Virus record (IMG/VR): IMGVR_UViG_3300047160_003616 | Coordinates: 1 to 64,000 of that record | Strand: one strand, 5' to 3' | Source: a virus | Lineage: Duplodnaviria; Caudoviricetes | DNA length: 64,000 nt | Part shown: piece by piece, positions 46,678 to 56,412 of the stretch | Position numbering within the stretch: position 1 is the stretch's first letter | How the letters are laid out: each line of letters starts with the position of its first letter | The notes under the pieces: generated by a model | Database searches by the model: none | What the model saw: only the letters and a program-made list of their open reading frames with translations | What the model was told of the DNA's origin: nothing | Made by a program: the position numbers and the translations under genes

Positions 46678-47734
46678 AATGACCTCCCATTTTCTGCTGA
46701 AAATCGTACTCACCCAGTCGGACATAAGCGGGCATTGTGTGGAAGGAGGTGTAGCGGCAGAACTCATCGAGGTCGGCGACATCCCCCAGATCCTTGCCCT
46801 TGGAGGGCCGCACCCGGAACACCTCGGCATACCGGGTCAGCCCTTCCAGCAGGGTGCGCTCACCCTTTTCCCCGCTGTGGTCGGCATCGAACCACACCAC
46901 CACCTTGTCCAGACAGCGCAGCAGGGCCAGCTGGCCCTCGGTGACCGCGGCCCCGAAGGTGGCCACCACGTTGCGCATCCCGATGGAGTAGGCCTTGGCC
47001 ACGCTCATCGGCGACTCCACCACGAGCGCTACGCGCTCGTCGTCCAACAGGTCGTAGGCATACAGGCTCTCGGCCTTGGGGAAGCCCGGCGAGTTGCGGT
47101 ACTTGGGGAACTCGGGGTAGGTCTCCCCGGGCACCACCCGCTTCTGCCAGCCCACCAGGGTGTCGTTGATGAAATGCGGGAACACGATCCGGCGCTCGGT
47201 GGGGTCATAGCCCAGCTTGAGCAGCTGCTGGGTCTCGTGGGTGATGCCGCGGTGATCCCAGTAGACGTGCGGATGATCGAAGGCCGCCAGCACCGAGGGG
47301 TCGTAGGCGGGCAGGTTCAGTGCGTAGACCCCGGGCCCGGCCAGTGCGGCGGCCAGCTCGTCCTGCAGGATCTTGGCCTCGACCACCGCCCCTTCCAGCA
47401 ACTCGCCCACCGTGGGCAAGATGTCGGCGAAGGCCTCCACACCCTCCATGCGCATCATCAGATGGAACAGGTCCCCCGACCATCCCCCGGCATAGCAGAC
47501 GTAGAGCTTCTTCTCGATATTGCAACAGGCACTGGGGTTTTCGTCGCCGTGGCTGTGGTGCGGCTCGACGCGGTCCAGCAGGCAGCTGTGCAGGATCTCG
47601 GTGGTGCCGTCGCGGTTGGGCACTTCCGACTGGTTCTCCGCGCCGTAGTGATCCAGCAGGGCCCGGGCGTCCAGGCGCTGCAGATACTGCGTGTAGATCT
47701 CCTTGGTGGCGATCTGGCCCAGGTCGAGTCTCAT
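46670..47734 (-). CDS. dnaG: DNA primase (Zn domain + TOPRIM)
   Basis: Zn-binding C..H.D..PS..C, RIVFP, KYRNSP, VVESPMSV, WFDAD..G. Confidence 0.88.
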   Translation of the reverse strand: MRLDLGQIATKEIYTQYLQRLDARALLDHYGAENQSEVPNRDGTTEILHSCLLDRVEPHHSHGDENPSACCNIEKKLYVCYAGGWSGDLFHLMMRMEGVEAFADILPTVGELLEGAVVEAKILQDELAAALAGPGVYALNLPAYDPSVLAAFDHPHVYWDHRGITHETQQLLKLGYDPTERRIVFPHFINDTLVGWQKRVVPGETYPEFPKYRNSPGFPKAESLYAYDLLDDERVALVVESPMSVAKAYSIGMRNVVATFGAAVTEGQLALLRCLDKVVVWFDADHSGEKGERTLLEGLTRYAEVFRVRPSKGKDLGDVADLDEFCRYTSFHTMPAYVRLGEYDFQQKMGGHYG

Positions 47735-47889
47735 GGCTCGGCCACCGGCTGGCTGGGGTCCTGATGGCAGTGCAGGCTGGTGACCCGGGAGACCAGCGGG
47801 TTGGCATGCCACCACTGCTTACCCTCTTGAAACTCAAACTCCATGATCTGCTCGTGGCAGTGACGGCAGACCTCGATCTCCCGCTTCAT
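47731..47889 (-). CDS. Small CxxC protein (52 aa)
   Basis: Manual translation MKREIEVCRHCHEQIMEF...; ATGA overlaps at both ends. Confidence 0.6.
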   Translation of the reverse strand: MKREIEVCRHCHEQIMEFEFQEGKQWWHANPLVSRVTSLHCHQDPSQPVAEP

Positions 47890-49130
47890 AACGCGGCCTG
47901 CCTCAGCTCGTGGCTGCCAGTGATCGAGGTGAAGTTGGTCAGCTCCCAGTTGAGCATGAAGGTGGTGATGTCGGAGCGCCGCGAGCCCAGGATGGTGGCC
48001 TTCATCTGACCGTTGCGGCGGATCTCGGCGTTACGCGACAGGGCCAGCGCCAAGTCCACTTCGCGCTCCACCTCGGCGGCGTCGGCGAAGGATTCCAGGG
48101 TGGGCTCGTCGTCCCCGCGGCGCATCTGACACGCCAGCATGCACGGGATCTCAGACCCGCCCCGGGAGATCTCGGAGTGCAGCCGGTCTAACACGATGGC
48201 CCGGGTCTGCTTGGTGCTCACGGTGTCACGGCCGGGTTCCAGCCGGGAGAGCTGGTCGATGAGCAGGAAGTCTGCGCCCAGCTGGCGGGTACGCCCGATG
48301 AGCGAGGGCACCGTGCGGTCGCCGGGCTCGGGGCGCTCCACGAACACCCCGCCCAGGGAGCGCAGCTGGTTCTGGGCCTCCCAGAGCGTCTGGATGTCGT
48401 GGATGGGCAGCTCGTCACGCAGCAGCTTGTCGTAGCTGACCCCAGAGAAGAAGGCATCCAGGCGCTGCTGGATGTCTTTGAGGCTGACCTCCAAGGTGAA
48501 GATCACCGGCCGGAAGCCCTCGCGCACCGCGGCGATGGCGGCGTTGCAGAGGAACATGGTCTTGCCGGTCTTGGCCACCGCACCGATGGCGGCCAGCTCG
48601 CCGGGGCGGATGCGCCCGGTGAACTCGTCCAGCATCTGTACGCCGTAGGGGGCGGCCCCGGCCGTCGGGCCCGCATCGGCCTGGCCGTACCAGCCCCGGC
48701 GTTCCTCGATGTTGTCGGCCATGTTGACCCTCGTCAGTCGCGGAGTGATGATCTCGGAGGCCGCGTAGGCCTCGGCGTAAAGAATCTTGAGCGCGCCCTC
48801 GGGGTCCAGATGCGAGTCCCCGGCGGCCTTGCGCAGCATGTCTTGGAGCTGGTTGGTGATGAAGCGCCGTCGCAGCAGCGCCACCAACTCAAAGGTCTCC
48901 TCCTCGACGTTCTCCGCGGGCTTGTAACCGCCGCCGAACTCCTGCTCCAACACCCAGGCCGTGGGCGCGGCCCGGCGGCGCGAGTCGTCCCAGTAGCCGT
49001 GGGTGAAGACGTAGACGGCCTGATAGATCGGCTCCTCAAACCACTCCGGGCGCACGCCCATCTGATCGGCCTCGGCAATGGCCTCGGCGGACAGCATCTT
49101 GCCCAGCAAGCGGCGCTCGACATCGCTCAT
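47886..49130 (-). CDS. dnaB: DnaB-like replicative helicase
   Basis: GELAAIGAVAKTGKT, FTLEVS, LIDQL, ACQMRR, EREVD. Confidence 0.9.
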   Translation of the reverse strand: MSDVERRLLGKMLSAEAIAEADQMGVRPEWFEEPIYQAVYVFTHGYWDDSRRRAAPTAWVLEQEFGGGYKPAENVEEETFELVALLRRRFITNQLQDMLRKAAGDSHLDPEGALKILYAEAYAASEIITPRLTRVNMADNIEERRGWYGQADAGPTAGAAPYGVQMLDEFTGRIRPGELAAIGAVAKTGKTMFLCNAAIAAVREGFRPVIFTLEVSLKDIQQRLDAFFSGVSYDKLLRDELPIHDIQTLWEAQNQLRSLGGVFVERPEPGDRTVPSLIGRTRQLGADFLLIDQLSRLEPGRDTVSTKQTRAIVLDRLHSEISRGGSEIPCMLACQMRRGDDEPTLESFADAAEVEREVDLALALSRNAEIRRNGQMKATILGSRRSDITTFMLNWELTNFTSITGSHELRQAAL

Positions 49131-49198
49131 GGGGCCCCTGGTTGACCTATAGAAGAAGTGAAAAGCTCAGTCTACCAGAGGGGTCCGACAAAAAACCG

Positions 49199-49813
49199 TT
49201 ACGACACGCTCTCCGCGCCGACATTGGCGAAGGCCTTCTCGCCGAACTCCTCCAACAGGATCTTGGCCATGATCGAGTGCAAGTCATCCTCGCGCAAGTT
49301 GCCGCGGCGATAACAGGAGAGGGCGATCTCGCGGATGATGGGCAGGGTGAACCGGCGCTTGCCCAGCGTGCCCTCGGCGCGCTCGGGCTGGATCGGGGAG
49401 CCGTCCTTGTAGGTGAAGATGTTCTTGCGCAGCCCCCAGTAGAGCCACTGGTTGGACTTGCCGAAGAAGTTGGCGGCCTGGGAGGTGGAGTACACCTTCT
49501 CCACGCCGGTCATCAGCACGTCGTCATCGAACTGCTCGGCGATGGCGATGCGCTTGAACTCGTCCCACTGGCGCTGCACCTCCGCGGGGGTCTCCCGCGG
49601 GGTCTGCGACCACTCGTAGCCCCAGTCGTCGTCGCGGTAACCGTTGTACTGTGCCGGGTCCTCGGGGCCCCCTTCGGGGGCCCGGGGCTCTGGGTGGTAG
49701 TCCTTCTCGGGCCAGTCGCCGTAGACCGGGTTGCCCTCGGCGTCGGTGCGCAATGGGACCTCGACGGCCTCCCCGGCCTCGCCGGGGACCGTGTCATCAA
49801 ATTGGACGGTCAT
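49199..49813 (-). CDS. MerR-like HTH protein with acidic N-terminus
   Basis: YSTSQAANFFGKSNQWLYW...GKRRFTL. Confidence 0.7.
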   Translation of the reverse strand: MTVQFDDTVPGEAGEAVEVPLRTDAEGNPVYGDWPEKDYHPEPRAPEGGPEDPAQYNGYRDDDWGYEWSQTPRETPAEVQRQWDEFKRIAIAEQFDDDVLMTGVEKVYSTSQAANFFGKSNQWLYWGLRKNIFTYKDGSPIQPERAEGTLGKRRFTLPIIREIALSCYRRGNLREDDLHSIMAKILLEEFGEKAFANVGAESVS

Positions 49814-49826
49814 GCTCACTCCTGGG

Positions 49827-50480
49827 TCACCTGATGTGGAAGGACGAAGGGGTGTGGCCCACCGAGATGATCGAGGCACGCACGGCCTCCATCACGTTGG
49901 GGTCTTTGACCACCAGCTTGGTCAGGGCCTTTTCGTCCAGCTTGGTCTCGGTCTTGACCACCTGCTTGAACACCTTGGCCGAGTACTCGTCGCCGAGTAG
50001 TTTGCGCAGCTTGTCGTAGTCCAGGTTGAGCTTGGGCTTGCCGCCCTCCCGGGTGAACTTCTTACCCAGCGCGGGCACCTCGGCCTCCCCGGCGGCATAG
50101 CCGGGGTCGGGCACCGCGTCGGCGATGTTGGCCGCGGTGATGTGCGCGAACACCCGGGCCCTCCGCGCCTCATAGCGCAGCTTGATCAGGTCCACCAGCT
50201 CCTGAAAGTCCAGCTGCTCGGTCATCATGGCGGCCAGCTGCTCCTCGGTACAGGGCTCCTCGGACTCGGCGTCAATCGGGTTGGCCAGCATGGTCTCCAC
50301 CAGCCCGGAGAGCTTTTTGGTCAGCTCGGCCAGCCGCACGATGTCGACCTTGTCCAGGGCATTCTGCAGCTCGGTGCGGCGCTGCTCGGCCGAGAGCTGT
50401 TTCTCCGGTGCCGCGGCGGCCTCCTCGGCCAGCGCCTCGTAAGCGTCGACCACGGCTTCCAGTTCTTCATTGATGGTCAT
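49827..50480 (-). CDS. Hypothetical protein (217 aa)
   Basis: RBS GAGAAGAGG. Confidence 0.7.
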   Translation of the reverse strand: MTINEELEAVVDAYEALAEEAAAAPEKQLSAEQRRTELQNALDKVDIVRLAELTKKLSGLVETMLANPIDAESEEPCTEEQLAAMMTEQLDFQELVDLIKLRYEARRARVFAHITAANIADAVPDPGYAAGEAEVPALGKKFTREGGKPKLNLDYDKLRKLLGDEYSAKVFKQVVKTETKLDEKALTKLVVKDPNVMEAVRASIISVGHTPSSFHIR

Positions 50481-50580
50481 CAGTTATTACCTCTTCTCGT
50501 TTCTTATTCTACGTCACAGAGCTATAGAACATTCCAAGAAGAGGGGTATGGAACAAGTCACACAGGTGTGAGCCGGGTCA

Positions 50581-50871
50581 TCATCGTCCTCCCCGGCGGG
50601 TCTCGTCCAGGCGTTTGCGCACCTCCACGATGACCTGCTCCAACACTAGCGAGGTCACCTTGGACAGGTCTTCGTAACGCAGCACCACCTCGGCCTCGGT
50701 GGGCACCCCGTTCCACCACACCGCGGCCTCAGAGCCGGGTTTCAACCAATCCGTGGCCTGGCCGGTGGCGTCATAGACGGTCACCGTGGCGTCCATGCGC
50801 AGGCGTAGCTCCATGCGCTGCACCTGGACGGGTTCCAGGTTGTCGGGGATGCTCACGACGAGCGTTCCCAT
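50581..50871 (-). CDS. Hypothetical protein
   Basis: 96-aa ORF. Confidence 0.55.
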   Translation of the reverse strand: MGTLVVSIPDNLEPVQVQRMELRLRMDATVTVYDATGQATDWLKPGSEAAVWWNGVPTEAEVVLRYEDLSKVTSLVLEQVIVEVRKRLDETRRGGR

Positions 50872-51023
50872 TCAGGACGACCCTTGTTGTCCAGCCAGTG
50901 ATTCTGACGGTGATTGTGTAGCCAGAGCTTGGTTTTCTTGTCCTCGCGGGGGCCGGTGTAGCGCTCCTTGCAGGTGGAGCATTCAAACATCTCCACCGGC
51001 CCCAGGTGCTTGATATTGCCCAT
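50853..51023 (-). CDS. Small C2H2-like protein (56 aa)
   Basis: Manual translation MGNIKHLGPVEMFECSTC...HRQNH; TAATG overlap. Confidence 0.5.
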   Translation of the reverse strand: MGNIKHLGPVEMFECSTCKERYTGPREDKKTKLWLHNHRQNHWLDNKGRPEWERSS

Positions 51024-51382
51024 TACTGGCCTCGGTGCGAGGTGTCGCCGTCCACCGCGTCGAACACCGGTGTGCTGCGCTGATCGCCGAAGATGACGCC
51101 CACCAGGAAGCCCTCCATGTAGGCGCTGGCCAGGTTGGTCAGCTTGCTTGACTCGACCCCGGCCGGGCCGTCGGGGTTGGTGCCCTCCCAGTCCATGTGC
51201 TCGCGCATCACCTTGGCCCGCTGGATGGCCCAGGCGAATGCCGCGTCCTCGTTGATGCGCAGCGCGGCCAGCACCTGGGGCAGGGTGGCGTTGTCGGGCA
51301 TGGAGTCCTTGGCCGCGTGGATGCGGTGATAGTCCGGGTGATCGGACTGATCGGGGACACTGATCTTCTTGGACTCGGCCAT
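51023..51382 (-). CDS. Hypothetical protein
   Basis: TAATG overlap; GAAGGAG RBS. Confidence 0.65.
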   Translation of the reverse strand: MAESKKISVPDQSDHPDYHRIHAAKDSMPDNATLPQVLAALRINEDAAFAWAIQRAKVMREHMDWEGTNPDGPAGVESSKLTNLASAYMEGFLVGVIFGDQRSTPVFDAVDGDTSHRGQ

Positions 51383-52299
51383 TACAGCTCCTTCATCCGG
51401 TGCTGGCCGCAATCGCCGAACACCTGCTCCCACAGCTCATCCATGGCCGAGGGCACGGCGGCCGAGGCCCAGCCGCGGGCGTTGGCGATGGGGCCCGCCA
51501 CGTCCTCGGGGCCGATCACCAGCCCACCCAGGTCGACGGCCTTACCCGCCTTAAGGGCCTCGCGCATCTGACCCTGGGCGGCCACCGTCTTCATCTGGAA
51601 CTCCCACTGCTCCTTCTCGGTCAACAGGACCGCGCCCTTGTCGATCAGGGCCTGCGGCATGTGCTCCTTGGCCTTCAGGAAGGCGCTGACGAACCAGTCG
51701 GGCACATCGGTGTCCCGCTGCTCGATGGGGGCCCCCAGGACCAGCACAGGCCCACACAAGGGGTCCTCGGTGTCATGGGTGACCCGGTACATCGCAGTGG
51801 CGATAGGGTTACGCGGGCGCTCGTAGAGCGCCTGACCATAGCAGTAGTACACCACCTCGCCGACATCCGACCAGTCCATGTCGGTGGCACCGATGGCGTC
51901 GTGCATGTCGTCTAACCCGCGAATGTCGCGGAACTCGTAGCTGCCGTTGGGCTGGATGAGCAGCCCGCAGACGCCCTCGTACTCCTTGGCCTCGGTGGTG
52001 AACTGCTGGGTCTCGATGTTGAACGCCGTCAGCGGCCGGTTGGGCTCACCGTCGTCGCGCACCGGCTCGCGCTCATCGACCTGCCGCCAATACGCCTGGG
52101 CCTCCTCGTCGGAGGCAAAGCGGCGGGCCTCGCGCCAGGTGGGGGAGACCACCAGATGACACTTGGGCAGCGGGATGTCGGTGCCCGGCACCACGCCGGG
52201 ACGGCTGGGGTCATACTCCACCACGTACTGGCCGTCGACCAGCGACTTCTCGGTGCCGCTGACTAGGCTGAGCAGCTGGATCACCCAGAACTCACTCAT
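51382..52299 (-). CDS. Two-domain protein with C-terminal DUF3846-like domain
   Basis: LDDMHDAIG...PRNPIAT...LCGPVLVLG. Confidence 0.65.
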   Translation of the reverse strand: MSEFWVIQLLSLVSGTEKSLVDGQYVVEYDPSRPGVVPGTDIPLPKCHLVVSPTWREARRFASDEEAQAYWRQVDEREPVRDDGEPNRPLTAFNIETQQFTTEAKEYEGVCGLLIQPNGSYEFRDIRGLDDMHDAIGATDMDWSDVGEVVYYCYGQALYERPRNPIATAMYRVTHDTEDPLCGPVLVLGAPIEQRDTDVPDWFVSAFLKAKEHMPQALIDKGAVLLTEKEQWEFQMKTVAAQGQMREALKAGKAVDLGGLVIGPEDVAGPIANARGWASAAVPSAMDELWEQVFGDCGQHRMKEL

Positions 52300-52463
52300 C
52301 GAGTACCCCCTGATATTCCAGCAGCTCGCCCAGGCCCTGGGCCATCTCGATGGCCTCGGGGTGCTCAGTGAAGAAGTGCCGCCCCAGCTCGGTGTCTAAC
52401 ACCAGCTCACCGGCCTTGGGCACCGGGAACTCCCGGTGGCACAGGTTGCAGTGCGCCCGGCGC

Positions 52464-52844
52464 TCAGCCATTGGGGGCCGCCTTGATGGCCTGGGAGATC
52501 TCCCAGAGCGTCTTGGCGTCGGCGAACAGGTTCTGCTCGATGGTGGTCAGCGAGTCATAGAACGCCTCACGGTTGTCGATGGGGGCCCAGTAGGCACACA
52601 GCAACAGCAGCGCCTGACCGACGAAGCCGATGGTCAGGTGCTCGGTGCGCTCCTCGGTCTGGCGCAGCGTGCTGCGCAACGCCACGATGGGGGTCTCACC
52701 ACCACGGCGGGCCAAAAACTCCTCGGCGCTCTCAGCCCAGACCTCGGTGAACCGCAGCAGCTTGTCGGCTTCGGGGGCCGGGTCGGCGGCAAAGGCCGCC
52801 CGCTGCAGCTGCCACTCGGCCTGATCATGCACTCTCATCGTCAT
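52464..52844 (-). CDS. Hypothetical protein
   Basis: AGAGGAGG RBS. Confidence 0.65.
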   Translation of the reverse strand: MTMRVHDQAEWQLQRAAFAADPAPEADKLLRFTEVWAESAEEFLARRGGETPIVALRSTLRQTEERTEHLTIGFVGQALLLLCAYWAPIDNREAFYDSLTTIEQNLFADAKTLWEISQAIKAAPNG

Positions 52845-52980
52845 CCTCCTCTTGGGGCACGGTCACGACATGGTCGGGATTGCCGTCGATATGGCGGTCG
52901 ACGGCAGTCTCGACAAACTCCGCGCTCGATGACACCACCATCCACTGACAGGTGGTGCAATCGGCACGGAAGGTATTCAT

Positions 52981-53199
52981 TTACTCAGCCTTCGGCCAGA
53001 TGGGGTCGGTGTGCAGGTTCTTCCCGAGGCGCTTGCCGCCGCGGGCCCCGCCACACGCCATACAGGCCGCATAGATCGGCATGCCGTTCACGAACTCGTG
53101 CGTCTTGGGCACGTTGCCCTCAAACACACTCGGGTCGCGGAACAGCTCAAAGCCTTCGTTGGCCATCCGGCGCAAGAAGACATCAGATGATGCACTCAT
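52981..53199 (-). CDS. Hypothetical protein (CMAC)
   Basis: Start motif and promoter motif upstream. Confidence 0.65.
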   Translation of the reverse strand: MSASSDVFLRRMANEGFELFRDPSVFEGNVPKTHEFVNGMPIYAACMACGGARGGKRLGKNLHTDPIWPKAE

Positions 53200-53498
53200 G
53201 ATTCATTCCTCCTGGTTGTTGGTCCTGCCATCCTAGCAGGTCTAACCTATAGCGTTTGTGAAATTATTCCTCACCTAGGCGTTCCTCCGCCCACCAGCCA
53301 TCAAAGCAGCACTCGCACAAGATCCCGATGCCACCGACGTGGGCGAAGCCGGTGTCATTGCAGCGCACACAGGGGTGCGCGCTGGCCAACGCCCGGGCGG
53401 CATGGCGGAACCGGCGGTCCTCCTTGGGACCGTGGTGCCATTCCCGCGGACGCTTCTTGTGCTTGGGTTTTTGGTGAGACAATCTCAACCCACCTCGG

Positions 53499-53711
53499 TC
53501 ATCGTCCCCACCCCGGCGTGCCCGGTGGCGGCGGCTGGTTGGTCTGCCACGGGCCCCAGCCCGGTTGATTGGCCGGGGGGTACGGGGCACAGATCTGGTG
53601 CGCCGGGTCGTAGAACTGCCCGGGGTCGCAGGCATAGGCCTTGGCAGCCAGTATTCCGGCCAGGAAGGCCAGCAGGATCGGCAATACAACCACGATGAGA
53701 TGACGCTTCAT
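53499..53711 (-). CDS. Small secreted protein with signal peptide
   Basis: MKRH, hydrophobic core and AYA cleavage site; Cys pair and Pro/Gly tail. Confidence 0.65.
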   Translation of the reverse strand: MKRHLIVVVLPILLAFLAGILAAKAYACDPGQFYDPAHQICAPYPPANQPGWGPWQTNQPPPPGTPGWGR

Positions 53712-53908
53712 TCGTTCTCCTCCTCTAGATAGCGCCGGTAGTCCTCGGCCTCGGTGGCCAGCTGCTCGACACTCTGCACGATGGTGGTGGTGGACAGATC
53801 CAGTGCGGGCTCGTCCACAATGACCGCCCGGATCGCGTCAGCGATCCGGTCCTCAGCCATCACCATCTGATCGAAGCCGTCGTCCTCCTGCAACAGGATC
53901 ACCCTCAT
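53708..53908 (-). CDS. Hypothetical acidic protein
   Basis: ATGA overlap. Confidence 0.6.
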   Translation of the reverse strand: MRVILLQEDDGFDQMVMAEDRIADAIRAVIVDEPALDLSTTTIVQSVEQLATEAEDYRRYLEEENE

Positions 53909-54249
53909 GACTCACCCTCCTCCGGGCCCCCTTCGGGGGCCCCCCAGTCGGTGTCCTCGTCCCAGTCGGGGATGTCGAAGTCCAGCCCGGCCAGGGTGTC
54001 GGGCACCGGGCTGTAGTCGGCCATCTTGGCCAGCCGGTCCACCGCGGCGGCGGCCATGGTGATTACCATGCGCGGGGAGCTGTGTGCCATCCGAGACAGC
54101 AGGTCGGTAAAGGCCGCGGCGGGGTCGAACTTCTCGCCGTGACGCTCGGCCTTGCGGCCGAGGGACGCCCGCCAGTCATTGACGACCTCGTCCAGGCTCT
54201 CCTGCAGCAGGGCGTAGCCCTGGTCCAGGGAATCGGTGTTTTTGGCCAT
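53905..54249 (-). CDS. Hypothetical protein
   Basis: GAGAGG RBS. Confidence 0.65.
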   Translation of the reverse strand: MAKNTDSLDQGYALLQESLDEVVNDWRASLGRKAERHGEKFDPAAAFTDLLSRMAHSSPRMVITMAAAAVDRLAKMADYSPVPDTLAGLDFDIPDWDEDTDWGAPEGGPEEGES

Positions 54250-54250
54250 G

Positions 54251-54499
54251 TCAGGCCTCTTTCTCTTTCTTCAGCTCTTTGATGACCTTGAACAGCCCCC
54301 AGCCGATGACCTCATCTTCGGGGGTGGCGGCGACATCTATCGCCTCCAAGGTCGTTCGGAAGGCCGATTCGGTCAGTGCCTCGCCCTGCTCGGGGGTTCC
54401 CCCCAGGGAGTCCAGCAGGTCGGTGTTGGCCGACGTGATCAGCCGGGCGAACTTGGTTTCGTTGGCTACCCGAACGAACTCGGGTGGTGTGGTGCTCAT
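54251..54499 (-). CDS. Hypothetical protein
   Basis: Restarted at MSTTPP after CAACCAGAAAGGAATCG. Confidence 0.65.
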   Translation of the reverse strand: MSTTPPEFVRVANETKFARLITSANTDLLDSLGGTPEQGEALTESAFRTTLEAIDVAATPEDEVIGWGLFKVIKELKKEKEA

Positions 54500-54548
54500 G
54501 TCGATTCCTTTCTGGTTGGGGTGGCCGCTGTAGCGCGGCACCGATTGT

Positions 54549-54941
54549 CTAACTATCGAGATCGCGGGAGGAGAACGACGGGCAGAAGTGGAACTCCGCG
54601 CCGCCCAGCATGGCGACCTGCTGATGGACGGTGTAGCCGTCCGGGCTTTGTTCGAGATGCCAGAGCACCTGACGTTGGGTGTAGCCCAAAGCCCGCTCGG
54701 CGCACAGCCGTCCTGAGAGATCTCTGGCGTTGTGCACGTCCTCGTGGTTGAGCCCGGCCATCCTCAGCTCATCCCGGTAGGCGAACGGGTCACCGTCGCC
54801 CTTGTACCCGTAGATGGCAAAGTCTTCCGAGTCGGCGTGCGCCGTGCCGATGGTGCCGAGGCCGAGGCCGCCGACGAGTCCAGCGATCAGGGGTGCCGCG
54901 AGCACGATCTTGCGCCATGTGAACGGTGAGGCAATTTTCAT
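54549..54941 (-). CDS. DUF732-like secreted protein
   Basis: Signal peptide ending AHAD; Y..EL...G...A..L...LC...G...A...FCP pattern of mycobacterial DUF732. Confidence 0.7.
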   Translation of the reverse strand: MKIASPFTWRKIVLAAPLIAGLVGGLGLGTIGTAHADSEDFAIYGYKGDGDPFAYRDELRMAGLNHEDVHNARDLSGRLCAERALGYTQRQVLWHLEQSPDGYTVHQQVAMLGGAEFHFCPSFSSRDLDS

Positions 54942-55080
54942 TTCGATTCCTTTCTCACGTCCCGCTTCCAGGCGGAACGGTTTCCCTTACCGGGCCTGGT
55001 GAGTTCCCGATGGCGATTGCGGTGGGGCACCGCCGCATTGCTGCGGCGCAGTTCTTGTCGTGCCCGCAGGCGTTCGGTGG

Positions 55081-55629
55081 TCATTTCGCTTCCTTCTTGG
55101 TCTCGGCCATGGCCTCCTGCAGAATCCCGCGGGCAATGCCCGAGACACTCAGCCCGTCCTTGGCCAGCTCCACGGCCACCCGCAGCGCCTTGCGCGCCTC
55201 GTAGTAGCGGCCATGGTTGGTGGAAAACAGCACGTCGTACTTGTCCTCGCCGCCATAGGGGCCGTAGTCCTTGGCCTCGCCGGTGGGGCAGCCCTCGATG
55301 CAGAGGGCGTCGGAGTTGCGATGCTCGTAGGCGCAGAACGTCCAGTTGCCCACGGTCACGGTCAGCCCGTATTCGCGGCAGTTCTCAAACGTACCGAACT
55401 CCACGGCGTCGGGGTTCTTGTAGAACCAGTCGCAGACCCCGCACTCGCCGAACAGCTTGTCGGCGATGTGGAAATTCTCCCGGCTGGTAGCCACCTGATC
55501 ACGGGTGTCGGGCAGGAAATCGGGCTGATGGCCCAACACCGCCGCGTGATTCCTGGTGCTGATGGCGTACTGCTCGTCAATCGCCGCGCTCAGCGCGACG
55601 GCGTACTTCTGCATGATTTTGTTGCTCAT
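55081..55629 (-). CDS. Hypothetical protein (182 aa)
   Basis: GAAAGGA RBS and an upstream promoter. Confidence 0.7.
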   Translation of the reverse strand: MSNKIMQKYAVALSAAIDEQYAISTRNHAAVLGHQPDFLPDTRDQVATSRENFHIADKLFGECGVCDWFYKNPDAVEFGTFENCREYGLTVTVGNWTFCAYEHRNSDALCIEGCPTGEAKDYGPYGGEDKYDVLFSTNHGRYYEARKALRVAVELAKDGLSVSGIARGILQEAMAETKKEAK

Positions 55630-55668
55630 GATCGTGGTCCTTTCGTAGTTCCTAGTCTATACAACAGT

Positions 55669-55692
55669 AACTAGGGCTAGTTTGTTCCCTAC
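55669..55692. promoter_or_regulatory. Palindromic operator AACTAG-GG-CTAGTT, copy 1
   Basis: Near-identical 24-mer at 56372; variant near 9710. Confidence 0.6.
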
Positions 55693-55889
55693 TCCGCCCG
55701 CTCTATCGGGAGGGCGACGGTCTTCATGTAGTCGCCGTTGCGCTTGAGGGCGAACTCGATCTCCTCGCCCCAGATCCGACGGGAGATGACCGGGCGGTTA
55801 TTGAGGTCCCAGCCGACCCAGCTCACGCCGTCCTTCTCGATCTCGCGCTTCTGCGCATCGCTGAGCCGACGGCCCTTCTGGCGGCTCAT
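55689..55889 (-). CDS. Hypothetical protein
   Basis: ATGA overlap. Confidence 0.6.
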   Translation of the reverse strand: MSRQKGRRLSDAQKREIEKDGVSWVGWDLNNRPVISRRIWGEEIEFALKRNGDYMKTVALPIERAE

Positions 55890-56329
55890 GACGCCAACAC
55901 CACCCGCTCGTCCCAGGCCGCCTCGATGTAGGAGCCGTTGGGGCCGTGGATGCGCAGTACGCCCGCGCCGGTGACGGCGTTGACCAGGCCCAGGTTGGCG
56001 AGGAAGTCACCCGGCATGACGTTGTTGGCCTGCCGGGTGCGCAGAGTGACGGTGGCCGCGGGCTCGGTCAGGTTTTCTAGCTCGGACTCGTAGTAGGTCG
56101 GGTCGTAGTCGACGGTGACGATGTGGCCCAGCTTGGCGTCCTGGTAGTTGCCGCCGTCGGGGAAATGCACGGTGTAGCGGTCAGAGTCGTAAGGGTTGGC
56201 GACAACCTCGCCGCACTGCATGAAGCCGACGGTGCCGATGTTGCCGTGAACGACGCGCACGGTGTCACCGATGTGGATGCGCCCGCAGTTGAGCGCCTGG
56301 CAGTTGGTGGGGGTGTGGATTGCGTTCAT
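55886..56329 (-). CDS. SH3-like/beta-rich hypothetical protein
   Basis: Start MNAIHT after CAACCAGGAGG. Confidence 0.65.
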   Translation of the reverse strand: MNAIHTPTNCQALNCGRIHIGDTVRVVHGNIGTVGFMQCGEVVANPYDSDRYTVHFPDGGNYQDAKLGHIVTVDYDPTYYESELENLTEPAATVTLRTRQANNVMPGDFLANLGLVNAVTGAGVLRIHGPNGSYIEAAWDERVVLAS

Positions 56330-56371
56330 GGTGGTCCTCCTGGTTGAAGCGTTCATAACAAGTAGAACAAG

Positions 56372-56395
56372 AACTAGGGCTAGTTTATTCCCTAG
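56372..56395. promoter_or_regulatory. Palindromic operator AACTAG-GG-CTAGTT, copy 2
   Basis: Matches the 55669 copy at 22 of 24 nt. Confidence 0.6.
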
Positions 56396-56412
56396 CCCTA
56401 GCCTCATTCTTA

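Noticed and set aside
41383-49130. Inteins or introns in dnaE, primase or dnaB
   Set aside because: Lengths are normal and no intein splice motifs or ORF breaks were seen.
55669-55682. Self-targeting of the AACTAGGGCTAG operator by U4 (TA.GG.TA)
   Set aside because: Only three dinucleotides match and the flanking ones do not.
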